In this document: one piece after another, positions 19,678 to 29,171 of the stretch | How the letters are laid out: every line of letters starts with the position of its first letter | Position numbering within the stretch: position 1 is the first letter of the stretch | NCBI GenBank assembly: GCA_002422905.1 | Contig: DITU01000103.1 | Coordinates: 1,961 to 65,960 of the forward strand | Origin: Verrucomicrobia bacterium UBA6176 | GTDB lineage: Bacteria; Verrucomicrobiota; Verrucomicrobiia; Limisphaerales; UBA9464 | Reading direction: 5' to 3' | DNA: 64,000 nucleotides | Made by a program: the position numbers and the translations under genes | The notes under the pieces: generated by a model | What the model was told of the DNA's origin: nothing | Databases searched by the model: none | What the model saw: the letters and a program-made list of their open reading frames with translations, nothing else

Positions 19678-20442
19678 GTGAATTCAGACGGACCAGCAGG
19701 GGAAGGACTGGTGTTTGCCACCACGCGATGGAGCGTGGTGCTGCGTGCCGGCGACCTGGCGACGACGGATTCGGCGCGGGCGTTGGAGGCACTTTGCACG
19801 ACCTATTGGATGCCGTTGTACGCCTATGTGCGGAAGCAGGGTTTTGGTCCGACGGACGCCGAAGACCTGACGCAGGCGTTCTTCGAGCGGGTGTTGGAGC
19901 GCAATGACGTGGGAAAGGCGGACCGGATGAAGGGCCGGTTCAGGTCCTTCCTCTTGACGGCGCTGCGGCATTTCATCGCAGACGAGATGGATCGGGTGCA
20001 GGCGTGGAAGCGTGGGGGTCGGGTGCAGTGGGTGCATCTGGACACGCGGGAAGCGGAGCATTGGCTGGATCGGATGCCGGACGGGGCGGGTGGGGCGGAC
20101 CTGTGGATGGACCGGGCGTGGGCGCAGGTCCTGATGCGGCGGGTGGGTGAACGGTTGGAGAGCGAAGCACGGGCTGCGGGGCGCGGAGACCTTTTCGAGG
20201 CGTTGGGGGTGACGGGAAGCGAGGGAGCCCGGGAATCGCTGGAACAGATCGGGCGCCGGTTTCAGATGAGCGAAGGTGCGGTGAAACTGGCTTCCTACCG
20301 GTTGCGCCAGCGATATCGCGAACTCATCCGGGAAGAGGTGGCGGAGACGGTGGCGGATGCCTCCGAACTGGAGGATGAACTGCGTCATCTCTACGCCGTG
20401 CTGTTGTCTGAAGGTGTGGGAGACGTGGTGCAACCGGGTTGA
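19678..20442 (+). CDS. ECF sigma factor of the Ser/Thr-kinase-associated type
   Basis: N-terminal FATTRWSVVLRAG motif, region 2 DAEDLTQAFFERVLE, C-terminal HTH IGRRFQMSEGAVKLASYRLRQRYR. The start is uncertain (GTG at 19672, 19678 or 19711). The gene ends 9 nt before the kinase gene. Confidence 0.75.
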   Translation: MNSDGPAGEGLVFATTRWSVVLRAGDLATTDSARALEALCTTYWMPLYAYVRKQGFGPTDAEDLTQAFFERVLERNDVGKADRMKGRFRSFLLTALRHFIADEMDRVQAWKRGGRVQWVHLDTREAEHWLDRMPDGAGGADLWMDRAWAQVLMRRVGERLESEARAAGRGDLFEALGVTGSEGARESLEQIGRRFQMSEGAVKLASYRLRQRYRELIREEVAETVADASELEDELRHLYAVLLSEGVGDVVQPG

Positions 20443-20451
20443 ACCTGGATC

Positions 20452-23400
20452 ATGAGCACGCCGATTGATCCGGTGGAACGGGCGCGCTGCCCGGATTGCG
20501 GTCAGCCTCTGGGGAAGGGCGTGCGACCGGAGTTCTGTCCCATCTGCCTGCTGGGTGAGGCGGCGGAGATGGAGGATGTCGAACCGTACCTGCCGGAGGA
20601 GATGCGGGTGATCGGGGATTACGAACTGATGGAGGAGGTGGCCCGGGGCGGGATGGGGGTGGTGTTCCGGGCGCGTCAACGGAGCCTGGGCCGGATTGTG
20701 GCGGTGAAGCTGATGTTGGGCGGGGACTTTGCGACGCCTGAAGCCCGGACACGGTTCCGGGGTGAGGCGGCTGCCGCGGCCCGGATCCAGCATCCGAACA
20801 TCGTCGCCATCCACGAGATTGGAGAGCACGAGGGTCAACCCTACTTCTCGATGGATTTCATCGAAGGGCAGACCCTGGCCGAACGGGTTCTTGCCGGCCC
20901 ATTGCCGGCCCTGGTCGCGGCCCGATACATCGCCCGGGTGGCGGCTGCGGTCGACCATGCGCATCGGCAGGGGGTGCTGCATCGCGATCTGAAGCCATCC
21001 AACGTGATGGTCGATGGGCAGGATGAACCGCGGGTGACGGATTTCGGTCTGGCCAAGGAATTGCACGGTTCTTCCGCGTTGACGATGACGGGGGCGATGC
21101 TGGGGTCGCCGTCGTATGCGGCGCCGGAGCAGGTGCGGGGCGAAGGTTCGGCGGTCGGCGTGGGGGCCGACATCTATGCGTTGGGGGCGTTGCTTTATCA
21201 TCTGTTGACCGGACGTCCCCCGTTCCAGGGCGGGACCGTCCAGGCGGTGTTGCATCAGGTGCTGGAGACCGATCCGATCTCGCCGCGCACCTTGAATCCT
21301 TCGGTACCGGCCGACCTGGAGACGGTGTGTCTGAAGTGTCTCGAAAAGGAGGCGGTACGGAGGTATCCGAGCGCGCTTGAGGTGGGTGAGGAACTCGGTC
21401 GATTCCTGGCGGGCGAACCGGTCCATGCCCGCCCCCTGGGCTGGGCCGGTCGACTCAACCGATGGGCGCATCGACGTCCGGCGGTGGCGGGGTTGGCGGT
21501 GGCGCTGGTGTTGGCCCTGCTGGGGTTGGGTGTGGTGGGGGCGGTGGCGGCGGTGCGGATTGTCCGGGCCGAGCAGGTGGCCATCCGCAATCTCCGGGAT
21601 TCGTTGCTGGTCCAGGCGCGGTCATTGCGGTTGGCGGGTGGGCCGGGCCAGCAGACGGCGAGCCTTGCGGCCATTGAACAGGCGCTGGCCCGTGAACCGG
21701 ACGATCCGGTCCGGGAACGTGCCGCCCGCGAAGTGATCGCCGCGCTGGCGCAATCCGACGTCGAGTTCATGCCCGGGGCGGAGCTGCCCTGGGATCCGCA
21801 TCGGCTGATGTCGATCGCCGGCGGTGACCGGTGGCGAAGCATGGGGACGGATGGGATCGTGGGCGACTTCCGCGGCAACGACGTGGTTGCCGGGCGCAAC
21901 TGGCAATTGCCGGAATCCATGTCACGGGCGCGTTTGGGGATGGCGTCGGTGGAGGGTGACGTACAGGTGTTTGAAGATGGGGACCGGTTGTGGGTGCTGG
22001 AACTGGGGGAAGGGGAACTCCGGAGTCTGGCGACGCTGAAACCGAAGCCGCGGCATCATGCGTTGTCCCCCGACGGACGCTGGTTGGTGACGGCGGATGA
22101 AGGATCGGCGCTGGTGTGGGAAGATCTCCGGGGCGGCGCGCGGCATCGGATCGAGACCGGGTTGGCGGGTTGGCGACACCTGGGGTTCACCCCGGATGGA
22201 AAGCGGTTGGCAGCAGCACCGTTGCTGACCAATTCGGTGGACCTGTACCTGACGGAGTCGCGGGGCCTGGAAGCACGCCTGATCCAGCCGGGACCGGCCT
22301 CGATGGTGGCGTGGTCGCCGGACAGCCAACGGTTCGTGGTGGCGACCCAGGATGGCCGGTTGTTCTACCACGACCTGATGGCCCGTGGCCGGATCCTGTC
22401 GTTCACCTTCGCCCCGGCGCAACCGCGGGGAATGGTGATGGATCCGACGGGACGATTGCTGGCGACGGCGTGGGATGATCGGACGGTGCGGTTATGGGAT
22501 CTGCATGGGGGACGATTGCTGGTGGAGGCGCATGGAGACGCGGCCCGGATGGGATTCCGTTCCAACACGGCGGCGTTCGGTCCCGTGCAGCAGCGGGGTC
22601 GGGTGGGATGGTATCGGATGATTCCTGCGAAGGGGTTTGAGGAGACCCTGGCGGGGTACCTGGGCAGTTCGGAGTTGGACGTGCGTTTCAGTGCGGATTC
22701 CAGATGGATGGCGGGCCGGTATCAGTTGGGGGTGCGGGTGTTTGAGACCGGGGCACCGGATGGCGGATGGATTCTGGGAACGGAGTTTCCCAAGGCGATG
22801 GCCTTCAGCCGGGGCGGGACCTCTCTGGCGGTGGTGGATCGGGCCGGGGTGGGAATGTGGACGCTCGAATCCGGCCAGGGAGTTGCCCGGGGGCGATGGG
22901 GAATGCGATCAGCACCGGGATTGGTGGCGGTGGCCGCGTGCTATCAGGATGTCGGCTGGTGGGTGGGCGGCTTGGATGGGTCCATTGAAAAAATTGACCA
23001 GATGACCGGGATGCCAATGCGGCAATTGGGAATCCATCCCGGCCTGGATTCCATGGTGACGGATCCCCAGGGCATCTGGTTGGTTTCGCTCAATTCGGCA
23101 TCGGGCGAGACGCGGATCTGGGATATCGAGGCCGGGACGGAGGTGCATCGGATCCGATCGGGAGCGGGGGCGGGAGCGGGAGCGCAGTTCAGTCCGGACG
23201 GCGCACGACTGGCGATCTGGGGGGATGGCCTGGTGATGTTGGAGACGGAAGGGTGGAAGCCGGTGCGCCTTCCATTGGAAGCGGGTGGACCGGTGCTGGG
23301 CGCGGCGGCGTTTTCACCGGATGGAACGCGGTTGGCGGTGGTGTCGGACGTTTACGGCATCCTGTTGATGGACCTGGCGGGGAATCGGATCACCATGTGG

Positions 23401-23583
23401 ATAGATCCGCCGAGCCCGTTGCGGATCCATGCCCTGGCGTGGAGCCCGGACGGCACGCGATTGGCGGCGGCCACGGCGCAGGGAAAGATCCGGGTCTGGG
23501 ATCTGCCGGTATTGGCCGGGGAACTGGTGAAACGGGGACTGGACCCGGGAGTGATCGATCCGGTGGACCGTCGGCAGCGCTGA
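20452..23583 (+). CDS. Ser/Thr protein kinase with N-terminal Cys4 motif, TM helix and C-terminal WD40-like beta-propeller repeats
   Basis: CPDCGQ...CPICL. Kinase motifs GGMGVVFRARQ, VAVK, HRDLKPSNVMV, DFGLA and SPSYAAPE. TM helix AVAGLAVALVLALLGLGVVGAVAAV. Repeats include DRTVRLWDL, GETRIWDI and GKIRVWDL. Confidence 0.88.
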   Translation: MSTPIDPVERARCPDCGQPLGKGVRPEFCPICLLGEAAEMEDVEPYLPEEMRVIGDYELMEEVARGGMGVVFRARQRSLGRIVAVKLMLGGDFATPEARTRFRGEAAAAARIQHPNIVAIHEIGEHEGQPYFSMDFIEGQTLAERVLAGPLPALVAARYIARVAAAVDHAHRQGVLHRDLKPSNVMVDGQDEPRVTDFGLAKELHGSSALTMTGAMLGSPSYAAPEQVRGEGSAVGVGADIYALGALLYHLLTGRPPFQGGTVQAVLHQVLETDPISPRTLNPSVPADLETVCLKCLEKEAVRRYPSALEVGEELGRFLAGEPVHARPLGWAGRLNRWAHRRPAVAGLAVALVLALLGLGVVGAVAAVRIVRAEQVAIRNLRDSLLVQARSLRLAGGPGQQTASLAAIEQALAREPDDPVRERAAREVIAALAQSDVEFMPGAELPWDPHRLMSIAGGDRWRSMGTDGIVGDFRGNDVVAGRNWQLPESMSRARLGMASVEGDVQVFEDGDRLWVLELGEGELRSLATLKPKPRHHALSPDGRWLVTADEGSALVWEDLRGGARHRIETGLAGWRHLGFTPDGKRLAAAPLLTNSVDLYLTESRGLEARLIQPGPASMVAWSPDSQRFVVATQDGRLFYHDLMARGRILSFTFAPAQPRGMVMDPTGRLLATAWDDRTVRLWDLHGGRLLVEAHGDAARMGFRSNTAAFGPVQQRGRVGWYRMIPAKGFEETLAGYLGSSELDVRFSADSRWMAGRYQLGVRVFETGAPDGGWILGTEFPKAMAFSRGGTSLAVVDRAGVGMWTLESGQGVARGRWGMRSAPGLVAVAACYQDVGWWVGGLDGSIEKIDQMTGMPMRQLGIHPGLDSMVTDPQGIWLVSLNSASGETRIWDIEAGTEVHRIRSGAGAGAGAQFSPDGARLAIWGDGLVMLETEGWKPVRLPLEAGGPVLGAAAFSPDGTRLAVVSDVYGILLMDLAGNRITMWIDPPSPLRIHALAWSPDGTRLAAATAQGKIRVWDLPVLAGELVKRGLDPGVIDPVDRRQR

Positions 23584-23613
23584 GCTGCAAGCCCGCTCAT
23601 CGACCTCGTGCCC

Positions 23614-23642
23614 AACGGCGACCGGACGTCGCCGCTCCGAAC
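23614..23642. repeat. Short dispersed hairpin motif, copy 1 (aacGGCGACcggacGTCGCCgctccgaac)
   Basis: 6-bp stem GGCGAC/GTCGCC followed by GCTCC, between the convergent kinase and mlaD-like genes. Near-identical copies lie at 32220-32248 and 38225-38255. Diverged copies lie at 35771-35803, 57004-57030 and 50296-50326. Confidence 0.7.
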
Positions 23643-23649
23643 CGCGGGG

Positions 23650-24642
23650 TTAGAACAGGGTCTGGACGGCGGTGCCGAGGACGTTGAGGGGGCCGGTGTC
23701 TTCGAGGCCTTCCGTGGCCTTGTCGACCTTCTGGAGGGTCATCTTGATGTTGCGGAGGAAGGTCTCGTCATTGACGAGCTTGCCGACGCTTCCCTGGCCG
23801 CTGTTGATCTTGACCAGGATCTCGCGGAGGGCGGTGGACGCGGAGGTGAGTTCGCGCGCCAGGGTGTCGTCACGGAGCAACTTGCCGACACTTCCCTCAC
23901 CGCGATCCACGGCGCCCACCACCTTCCGGGTGTCGTCCACCAGCGCCCGCGTATCCGTCATCATCGCCTTCGCATCGGCGGTGAGGTCATTGAGGTTGGT
24001 GGTCATCCCGAGGGCATTGCGGTGCAGGGTGTCGTCGAAGATGAGGCGGCCGACGGTGCCTCGACCTTCGGCGACCTGGACGGCGACGGACTGGACATTG
24101 GAGAGGATGGAGGTGATGCGGGGTTGATTGTCCTTGAGGAGCTCGGTGACGGGGCCGAGGAGCTTGGAAAAGTCTTCGCCAGAAAACGATTTGGTCATGT
24201 TCTGGACGCCGTCGGCGACGCCCTGGAGCCGGTCCATGAGCGAGGCGAGATCGGGTTGTTCGCGGGAGGCGAGGAGGGCATCGGCTTCGGCGAGCGGGGC
24301 GCCCGGGGTGCCGAAGTCGAGGGCGACGAAGTTCTGTCCCATGAGCCCGGTGAACCGGATGGTGGCGGAGCTGTCGGTCCGGACCTGGGCATCGGGATCG
24401 ATGCGCAGGGTGACTTCGACCTTGTCTTCGGCGAGGGCGATGCGGGAGACGCGGCCGACGGGAACGCCACCGAGTTTGACGGGGTCGCCGGGTTTCAGGT
24501 CCTGGACGGAACTGAAGCGGGCGCGGACGGAGCGGCCGCCCTTGAACCAGTTGAGGCCGCCGCCGACTTCGAGGAGGAGGAAGGCACCGACAACGATCAG
24601 GGCGGCGAAGATGCCGAGCCGGGTTTCAAGCGAGTTGCGCAT
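23650..24642 (-). CDS. mlaD: MlaD/MCE-family substrate-binding protein
   Basis: N-terminal TM helix followed by an MCE domain (SSVQDLKPGDPVKLGGVPVGRVSRIAL). The long helical C-terminus has repeated G.GSVGKL motifs. Confidence 0.8.
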   Translation of the reverse strand: MRNSLETRLGIFAALIVVGAFLLLEVGGGLNWFKGGRSVRARFSSVQDLKPGDPVKLGGVPVGRVSRIALAEDKVEVTLRIDPDAQVRTDSSATIRFTGLMGQNFVALDFGTPGAPLAEADALLASREQPDLASLMDRLQGVADGVQNMTKSFSGEDFSKLLGPVTELLKDNQPRITSILSNVQSVAVQVAEGRGTVGRLIFDDTLHRNALGMTTNLNDLTADAKAMMTDTRALVDDTRKVVGAVDRGEGSVGKLLRDDTLARELTSASTALREILVKINSGQGSVGKLVNDETFLRNIKMTLQKVDKATEGLEDTGPLNVLGTAVQTLF

Positions 24643-24687
24643 GGTGACAGACGTAGGGAGGAAAAAGGGTTCCCGCGGGGGAGTACA

Positions 24688-25464
24688 TCACTGCGGGGTG
24701 AAATCTGCGGCAAGGAATTGTTGGAGGAGGGGAAGGGGATGGGCCCGGATCACGTCGGGGGTGCCGACGGCGAGGATGCGACCCTCGACGAGGAAGCCGA
24801 TGCGATGGGCGATGCCGAAGGCGAGGTCGCGGTCATGGGTGACGACGAGGGTGGTGGCGTGGGTCCGGCGGTTGAGGGCGACGATTTCGCGTCCGATGGC
24901 GAGGGCGACGAGGGGATCGAGTTCGGCGGTGGGTTCGTCGAACAAGATCAACTGGGGGTCGATGGTGAGGGCGCGGGCGATGGCGACGCGCCGGCGCATG
25001 CCGCCGGAGAGTTCGGTGGGGTATTTGTTGGCGGTACCGTCGGGCAACTGGACCAAGGCGAGTTTTTCGGCGACGACGGCATCGATTTCGGCGGGGGAAC
25101 GGAGCCGGTGTTCGGAGAGGTAGAGTCCAACGTTCTGGGCGACGGTCAGGGAGTTGAGCAGGCCACCGCTCTGGAAGACCATGGCCATGCGGAAACGGTC
25201 CCGGAAATCGTCGGCGAGCAACTCACCCTCGATGCGCACCTCGCCGCTGTCGGGCGATTCGAGTCCGATGAGATGGCGGAGGAAGACGGACTTGCCGGAG
25301 CCGCTGGGGCCCATGAGGACGAATATTTCGGCGGGGGCGATCTCGAGGTCGACGCCGCGGAGGACTTCCTGGGTGTGGTAGCGCTTGCGCAGGTCACGGA
25401 CAGCGACCCGGAGGCCGGGATGGGCTGGGGCGACGGATGGGGCCGGGCTGGGTGCGGGCGTCAT
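24688..25464 (-). CDS. mlaF: ABC transporter ATP-binding protein, MlaF-like
   Basis: Walker A GPSGSGKS, signature LSGGMRRRVAIARAL, Walker B ILFDEPTAELD. ATGA overlap with the permease gene at 25461-25464. Confidence 0.85.
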   Translation of the reverse strand: MTPAPSPAPSVAPAHPGLRVAVRDLRKRYHTQEVLRGVDLEIAPAEIFVLMGPSGSGKSVFLRHLIGLESPDSGEVRIEGELLADDFRDRFRMAMVFQSGGLLNSLTVAQNVGLYLSEHRLRSPAEIDAVVAEKLALVQLPDGTANKYPTELSGGMRRRVAIARALTIDPQLILFDEPTAELDPLVALAIGREIVALNRRTHATTLVVTHDRDLAFGIAHRIGFLVEGRILAVGTPDVIRAHPLPLLQQFLAADFTPQ

Positions 25465-26207
25465 GCGTCGAAGGGTTGGAGGAGGCGGGTGAGGACGTAG
25501 TCGAGGAGCAGGACGAGGACGATGGAATTGGTGACGGCCTTGGTGACGGAACGGCCGACTCCACGGGGACCGCCGCGGGTCTGGAGGCCCTGATGACAGC
25601 AGACGGTGCCGACGGCCATGGCGAAGACGAAGGCCTTGATCAGGCCGTGGGCGATGTCCCAGGTGTCGACGACTTCGCGGAGGTTGGAGAAGAAGGTGGC
25701 GGTGGGAATGCCGATGTCGGAATTGAAGCTGGCGACAGCGGCGCCACCGAGCCATCCGACGAGGTTTGAAAAGACGACGAGGGCGGGGAGGGCGATGGTG
25801 ATGGCGACGATGCGGGGCAGGACGAGGTAATCGATGGGTTCGATGTTGAGGGTGCGGAGGGCATCGACTTCCTGGTAGACCTGCATGGAACCCAGTTCGG
25901 CGGCCATGGCGGATCCGACGCGGCCGGCGATGAGGATGGCCATCATGACGGGGGCGAGTTCCTTGCAGAGGGAGATGCCGACCAGGCCGCCGAGCTGGGA
26001 GCCGAGACCGCGTTCGACAAGGACGGAGCCGGCCTGGAGGACGAGGACGCCGCCGATGAAGAACGAGAGCATGCAGGCCATGAGCAGGCTGGCATTGCCG
26101 ATCTCGAAGATCTGTTCGCCGATGGAACGGCGGCGACGGAGGAATCCCGGGAGAGCCCGAAGGGTGGCGCCGAAGAGGACGAGCATCTGGCCGAGTTCGC
26201 GAAACAT
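25461..26207 (-). CDS. mlaE: ABC transporter permease, MlaE-like
   Basis: Starts MFRELGQMLVLFGATLRAL... The 248-aa multi-TM protein ends in the typical GGPRGVGRSVTKAVTNSIVLVLLLDYVLT. Confidence 0.85.
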   Translation of the reverse strand: MFRELGQMLVLFGATLRALPGFLRRRRSIGEQIFEIGNASLLMACMLSFFIGGVLVLQAGSVLVERGLGSQLGGLVGISLCKELAPVMMAILIAGRVGSAMAAELGSMQVYQEVDALRTLNIEPIDYLVLPRIVAITIALPALVVFSNLVGWLGGAAVASFNSDIGIPTATFFSNLREVVDTWDIAHGLIKAFVFAMAVGTVCCHQGLQTRGGPRGVGRSVTKAVTNSIVLVLLLDYVLTRLLQPFDA

Positions 26208-26208
26208 G

Positions 26209-27774
26209 TCAGTGACCGTTGAAGACAAGCAGATGTCGGGGCATTTGCCCATTCCGGGATGATGTCGCGGCGGGCGGAACCGTGTCGGAAGGTTTTGCCG
26301 GGGCGGGTGGGACGGGGCGCGGACCGAGGCCGAACACGCGCCAGGTGCGGCGTTGATCGGTGGCTTTTGAAGTCTGGACCGCCCCGAAGAACAGGCTGGT
26401 TCGGGAATGCCCGGCACGCTGTTCACGTCGCCAGAGGTTCCAAAGGAAGGATTGGGAACGGGACTCGGTGGCGGGCTGGGTTTCCTGACGCCAGATCGAC
26501 CAGAGGGGGCTGTAGAGTCGTTCGATGCTCTTGTTGTGGGGAAGGATTCCCTCAAGGGGAGCGAGCACCTGCAGGCGTTCGCTTCCGTCCTTCTCATGGC
26601 GCCAGGTGAACAGGGGCCAGAGATCGCGTCGACGGAAGGCGCGACCGGTCTCCATGTCTTCCTCGCGGAGGTTGCTGTAGGCGAAGTAGAGGAAACGGTG
26701 GCGTTCGCGTTCGAGCGGGGGTGAATCCAGCTTCTTATGGACGTAGAACGGCCAGGCGATGAAGTCGCTGGTCAGGGTACCGGAGGTGGCGTGACCCCAG
26801 AGGGGCCAGAACCGCAGCGCCCGTTTGCCGGGGCCCCGCGCCTTCCCAATGAACGGCCAGGGAGCAGCCCATTCCTCGTATCGGGCGACGCGATTGGTGC
26901 GATGACTGAAAAAGAGGCGCCAATCGTAGTCCATGGCCGGCGACCGGGTACGCAGGTAGAACGGGAAGGCGTAGAGATTGGTCGCCGGGTTGGCACTGCC
27001 GATCCCGGTGGTCTCATTGAAGAACAACGGCCATGCGAAGAAATGTCGGCGATGGCCCGGGACCGGTTCGAGTTCATCCAGGACATTGGTCCGGAGGGTG
27101 ATGACCTTGGTCTCCGTTCCCAGCACGGGCCAGAACTGCCAGCCCTTCACCCCGCCGCCGTGCCGGACGTGGAAGAACGGGAGAAGATAATTGTCGGTGG
27201 TGACGCCCCGTTTCCGGGTCTGGGCCCAGAGCGGCACCAGCAGGAATCTGACTTCATCCCGGAACAACCGGTTGCGCAGGTGCCCGTAGATGGGGAGGAC
27301 CGCGAGGTAATCATTGGTTCCGGAGGAGGTCTGCTGGCGGAAATAGATCGGGAACAGGGTCTGCCGACGTTTGACCTCGCCATCCAGGGATTCGGATCCG
27401 GCGAAGTTGAGCATCTGGAAGATCTGAAGCCGCCATTCCGTCCCGAACCGGTCGTAGGTGGCCAATGGATAGAGGATCTCCCATTCGGTCCGTTCGAGAT
27501 CCGGTTCCTGCACTCCCGAGATCAACGGTGAGATGCGCCAGAGCGACAGTTCATCGGTCGTCTCGCTGCCCCAGATCGGGCCCAATGCTTCCTGGCCCCG
27601 GCCCGGGTTCACCGTGAGTTCGAACTCGCTGAACAACGGACCCCACCAACGATCCGCTTCCGAAGCGGCTACGTGGGGCTGGTCGACCGCCAACAACAAG
27701 GCAGTGGCCCAGCCCAGACTGGATGGAATGAAACGCAAGGCGCCGACGCTCGCGGAGGTCGCCTGAGGAATCAA
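26209..27774 (-). CDS. Hypothetical aromatic/proline short-repeat protein with a putative signal peptide
   Basis: The stop lies 1 nt upstream of the mlaE-like start. Recurrent motifs LFPIYF, VLPIYGH, LLPFFH, AWPLFF, AFPFYL, PWPFIG, FWPLWGH, AWPFYVH, LWPLFTW and YSPLWSIW. The start is uncertain; TTG 27774 gives LIPQATSASVGALRFIPSSLGWATALLLAV. Confidence 0.55.
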   Translation of the reverse strand: MIPQATSASVGALRFIPSSLGWATALLLAVDQPHVAASEADRWWGPLFSEFELTVNPGRGQEALGPIWGSETTDELSLWRISPLISGVQEPDLERTEWEILYPLATYDRFGTEWRLQIFQMLNFAGSESLDGEVKRRQTLFPIYFRQQTSSGTNDYLAVLPIYGHLRNRLFRDEVRFLLVPLWAQTRKRGVTTDNYLLPFFHVRHGGGVKGWQFWPVLGTETKVITLRTNVLDELEPVPGHRRHFFAWPLFFNETTGIGSANPATNLYAFPFYLRTRSPAMDYDWRLFFSHRTNRVARYEEWAAPWPFIGKARGPGKRALRFWPLWGHATSGTLTSDFIAWPFYVHKKLDSPPLERERHRFLYFAYSNLREEDMETGRAFRRRDLWPLFTWRHEKDGSERLQVLAPLEGILPHNKSIERLYSPLWSIWRQETQPATESRSQSFLWNLWRREQRAGHSRTSLFFGAVQTSKATDQRRTWRVFGLGPRPVPPAPAKPSDTVPPAATSSRNGQMPRHLLVFNGH

Positions 27775-27895
27775 GCCGCGCCGACGGATGGGAATCGGGA
27801 CGGCGAATGGCTGGAGCGGCGACGTTGGGTGGCCTTGCCGGCATCCCACGGCGCGGTCTTCCCTCGCTGCCACCGTTCTGGTCCCCTGCGGGTGG

Positions 27896-28993
27896 ATGTT
27901 GCGATTCGCACTGTTGCTGGGTCTGGGTCTGCTCTGGGGTGGTTGCGCCACCGGCATTGGGCCGAGCCTCATCCGCAGCGAGAACCTCGATTACAACCAG
28001 CAGATCGTCCGTTCGCTGGACGAACAACTCCTGCTCAATCTCGTCCGGACCCGTTATGTCGACACCCCCCTCTTCCTCGAGATGGGAAATGTCGTCGTCC
28101 AGTATTCCCTCGAAGGACGCGGCAACATCGGGGCCGATCCCATCATCAGCGGACCCCGTTCCACCCAACGCCTGCCGGTCGGCGCCGGCTTCACCTATGC
28201 CGAGCGCCCGACCATCACCTACACCCCGCTTCAAGGTGAACAGTTCGCGCGCCGTCTCCTCTCCCCGATCCCGGCCGAGACCATCGTGCTCCTTTCCCAG
28301 TCGGGTTGGCCCATCGATCTCCTGCTGATGGTCTGTGTCCAGCGGATCAATGGCGTGGAGAATGCCGTCGAATCCGCCGGACTCGCCCCTTCGGATCATC
28401 CCCGATTCGAGGTGTTCGAGAATGTCGCCCGGAAACTCCGGACCTTCCAGCGCATGGGTGAACTCAGTCTGAGCCTGGAAATGGCCACCAATGGGGGTGG
28501 TCATCGGATCCGGTTGTTTCCCCGGGCAATCACCAACAACGCCGTCATACCGGATGCCTTCTACATCCGGGACGCGCTGAAGATGGACATGGAGCGGAAG
28601 GATTTCCTGCTGCGGAACGGCGGGCATGCGCAGGGACCGGACGAGATCGCCATCGATGCCCGGTCATTGGCGGCGGTGATGGGTTTCATGGCGAAGGGGA
28701 TCGAGGTTCCGCCCGCCCACGCCGCCGCGGGGTTCGTTCCGATGTTGCGGGGGATCGACGGTCAGGCGGTCCCGTTTCTGGAGCCCGCCCTGCGCTACTT
28801 CCACATCCGGCAATCCGCTTCCCGCCCAAGCCAGGCCGCCGTGAAGATCTTTCATCGGGACCACTGGTTCTACCTGGAGGAGAATGATGTCCAATCGCGG
28901 GTCGCGTTTGCGCTGTTGCACACGTTGTTCTCGCTCCAGACGGCCACCGGCAACGGGCGTCAACCCTTGCTGACGATCCCGACCGGGCCGTGA
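27896..28993 (+). CDS. Hypothetical lipoprotein
   Basis: ATG 27896 gives MLRFALLLGLGLLWGGCATG, a lipobox. The 365-aa protein has balanced composition and is divergent from the Mla-like operon. Confidence 0.6.
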   Translation: MLRFALLLGLGLLWGGCATGIGPSLIRSENLDYNQQIVRSLDEQLLLNLVRTRYVDTPLFLEMGNVVVQYSLEGRGNIGADPIISGPRSTQRLPVGAGFTYAERPTITYTPLQGEQFARRLLSPIPAETIVLLSQSGWPIDLLLMVCVQRINGVENAVESAGLAPSDHPRFEVFENVARKLRTFQRMGELSLSLEMATNGGGHRIRLFPRAITNNAVIPDAFYIRDALKMDMERKDFLLRNGGHAQGPDEIAIDARSLAAVMGFMAKGIEVPPAHAAAGFVPMLRGIDGQAVPFLEPALRYFHIRQSASRPSQAAVKIFHRDHWFYLEENDVQSRVAFALLHTLFSLQTATGNGRQPLLTIPTGP

Positions 28994-29171
28994 CGGGTTG
29001 CGGCTGGATGAGTCACCTGAGGTTGACTGCCACGGTGCAGATGGGGTTGGTGGTGCATGGTTCCGGTTGAAATCCTTCATGGCGGGTATCGGGACGTCGC
29101 TTTGACAAAAAGGGTCACCCCTGCAAGCTATCGCCCTTGGCGCCCGGCCCTCCGGCTGGACTCTTTCAAAA

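Noticed and set aside
19684-21471. Long minus-strand ORFs rich in P/R/H/S (also 38770..40758, 31731..33524, 59539..60897, 3601..4593 and 27551..28627)
   Set aside because: They are low-complexity and antisense to well-supported genes (sigma/kinase, sensor kinase, serS, P450, lipoproteins). No recognisable motifs.
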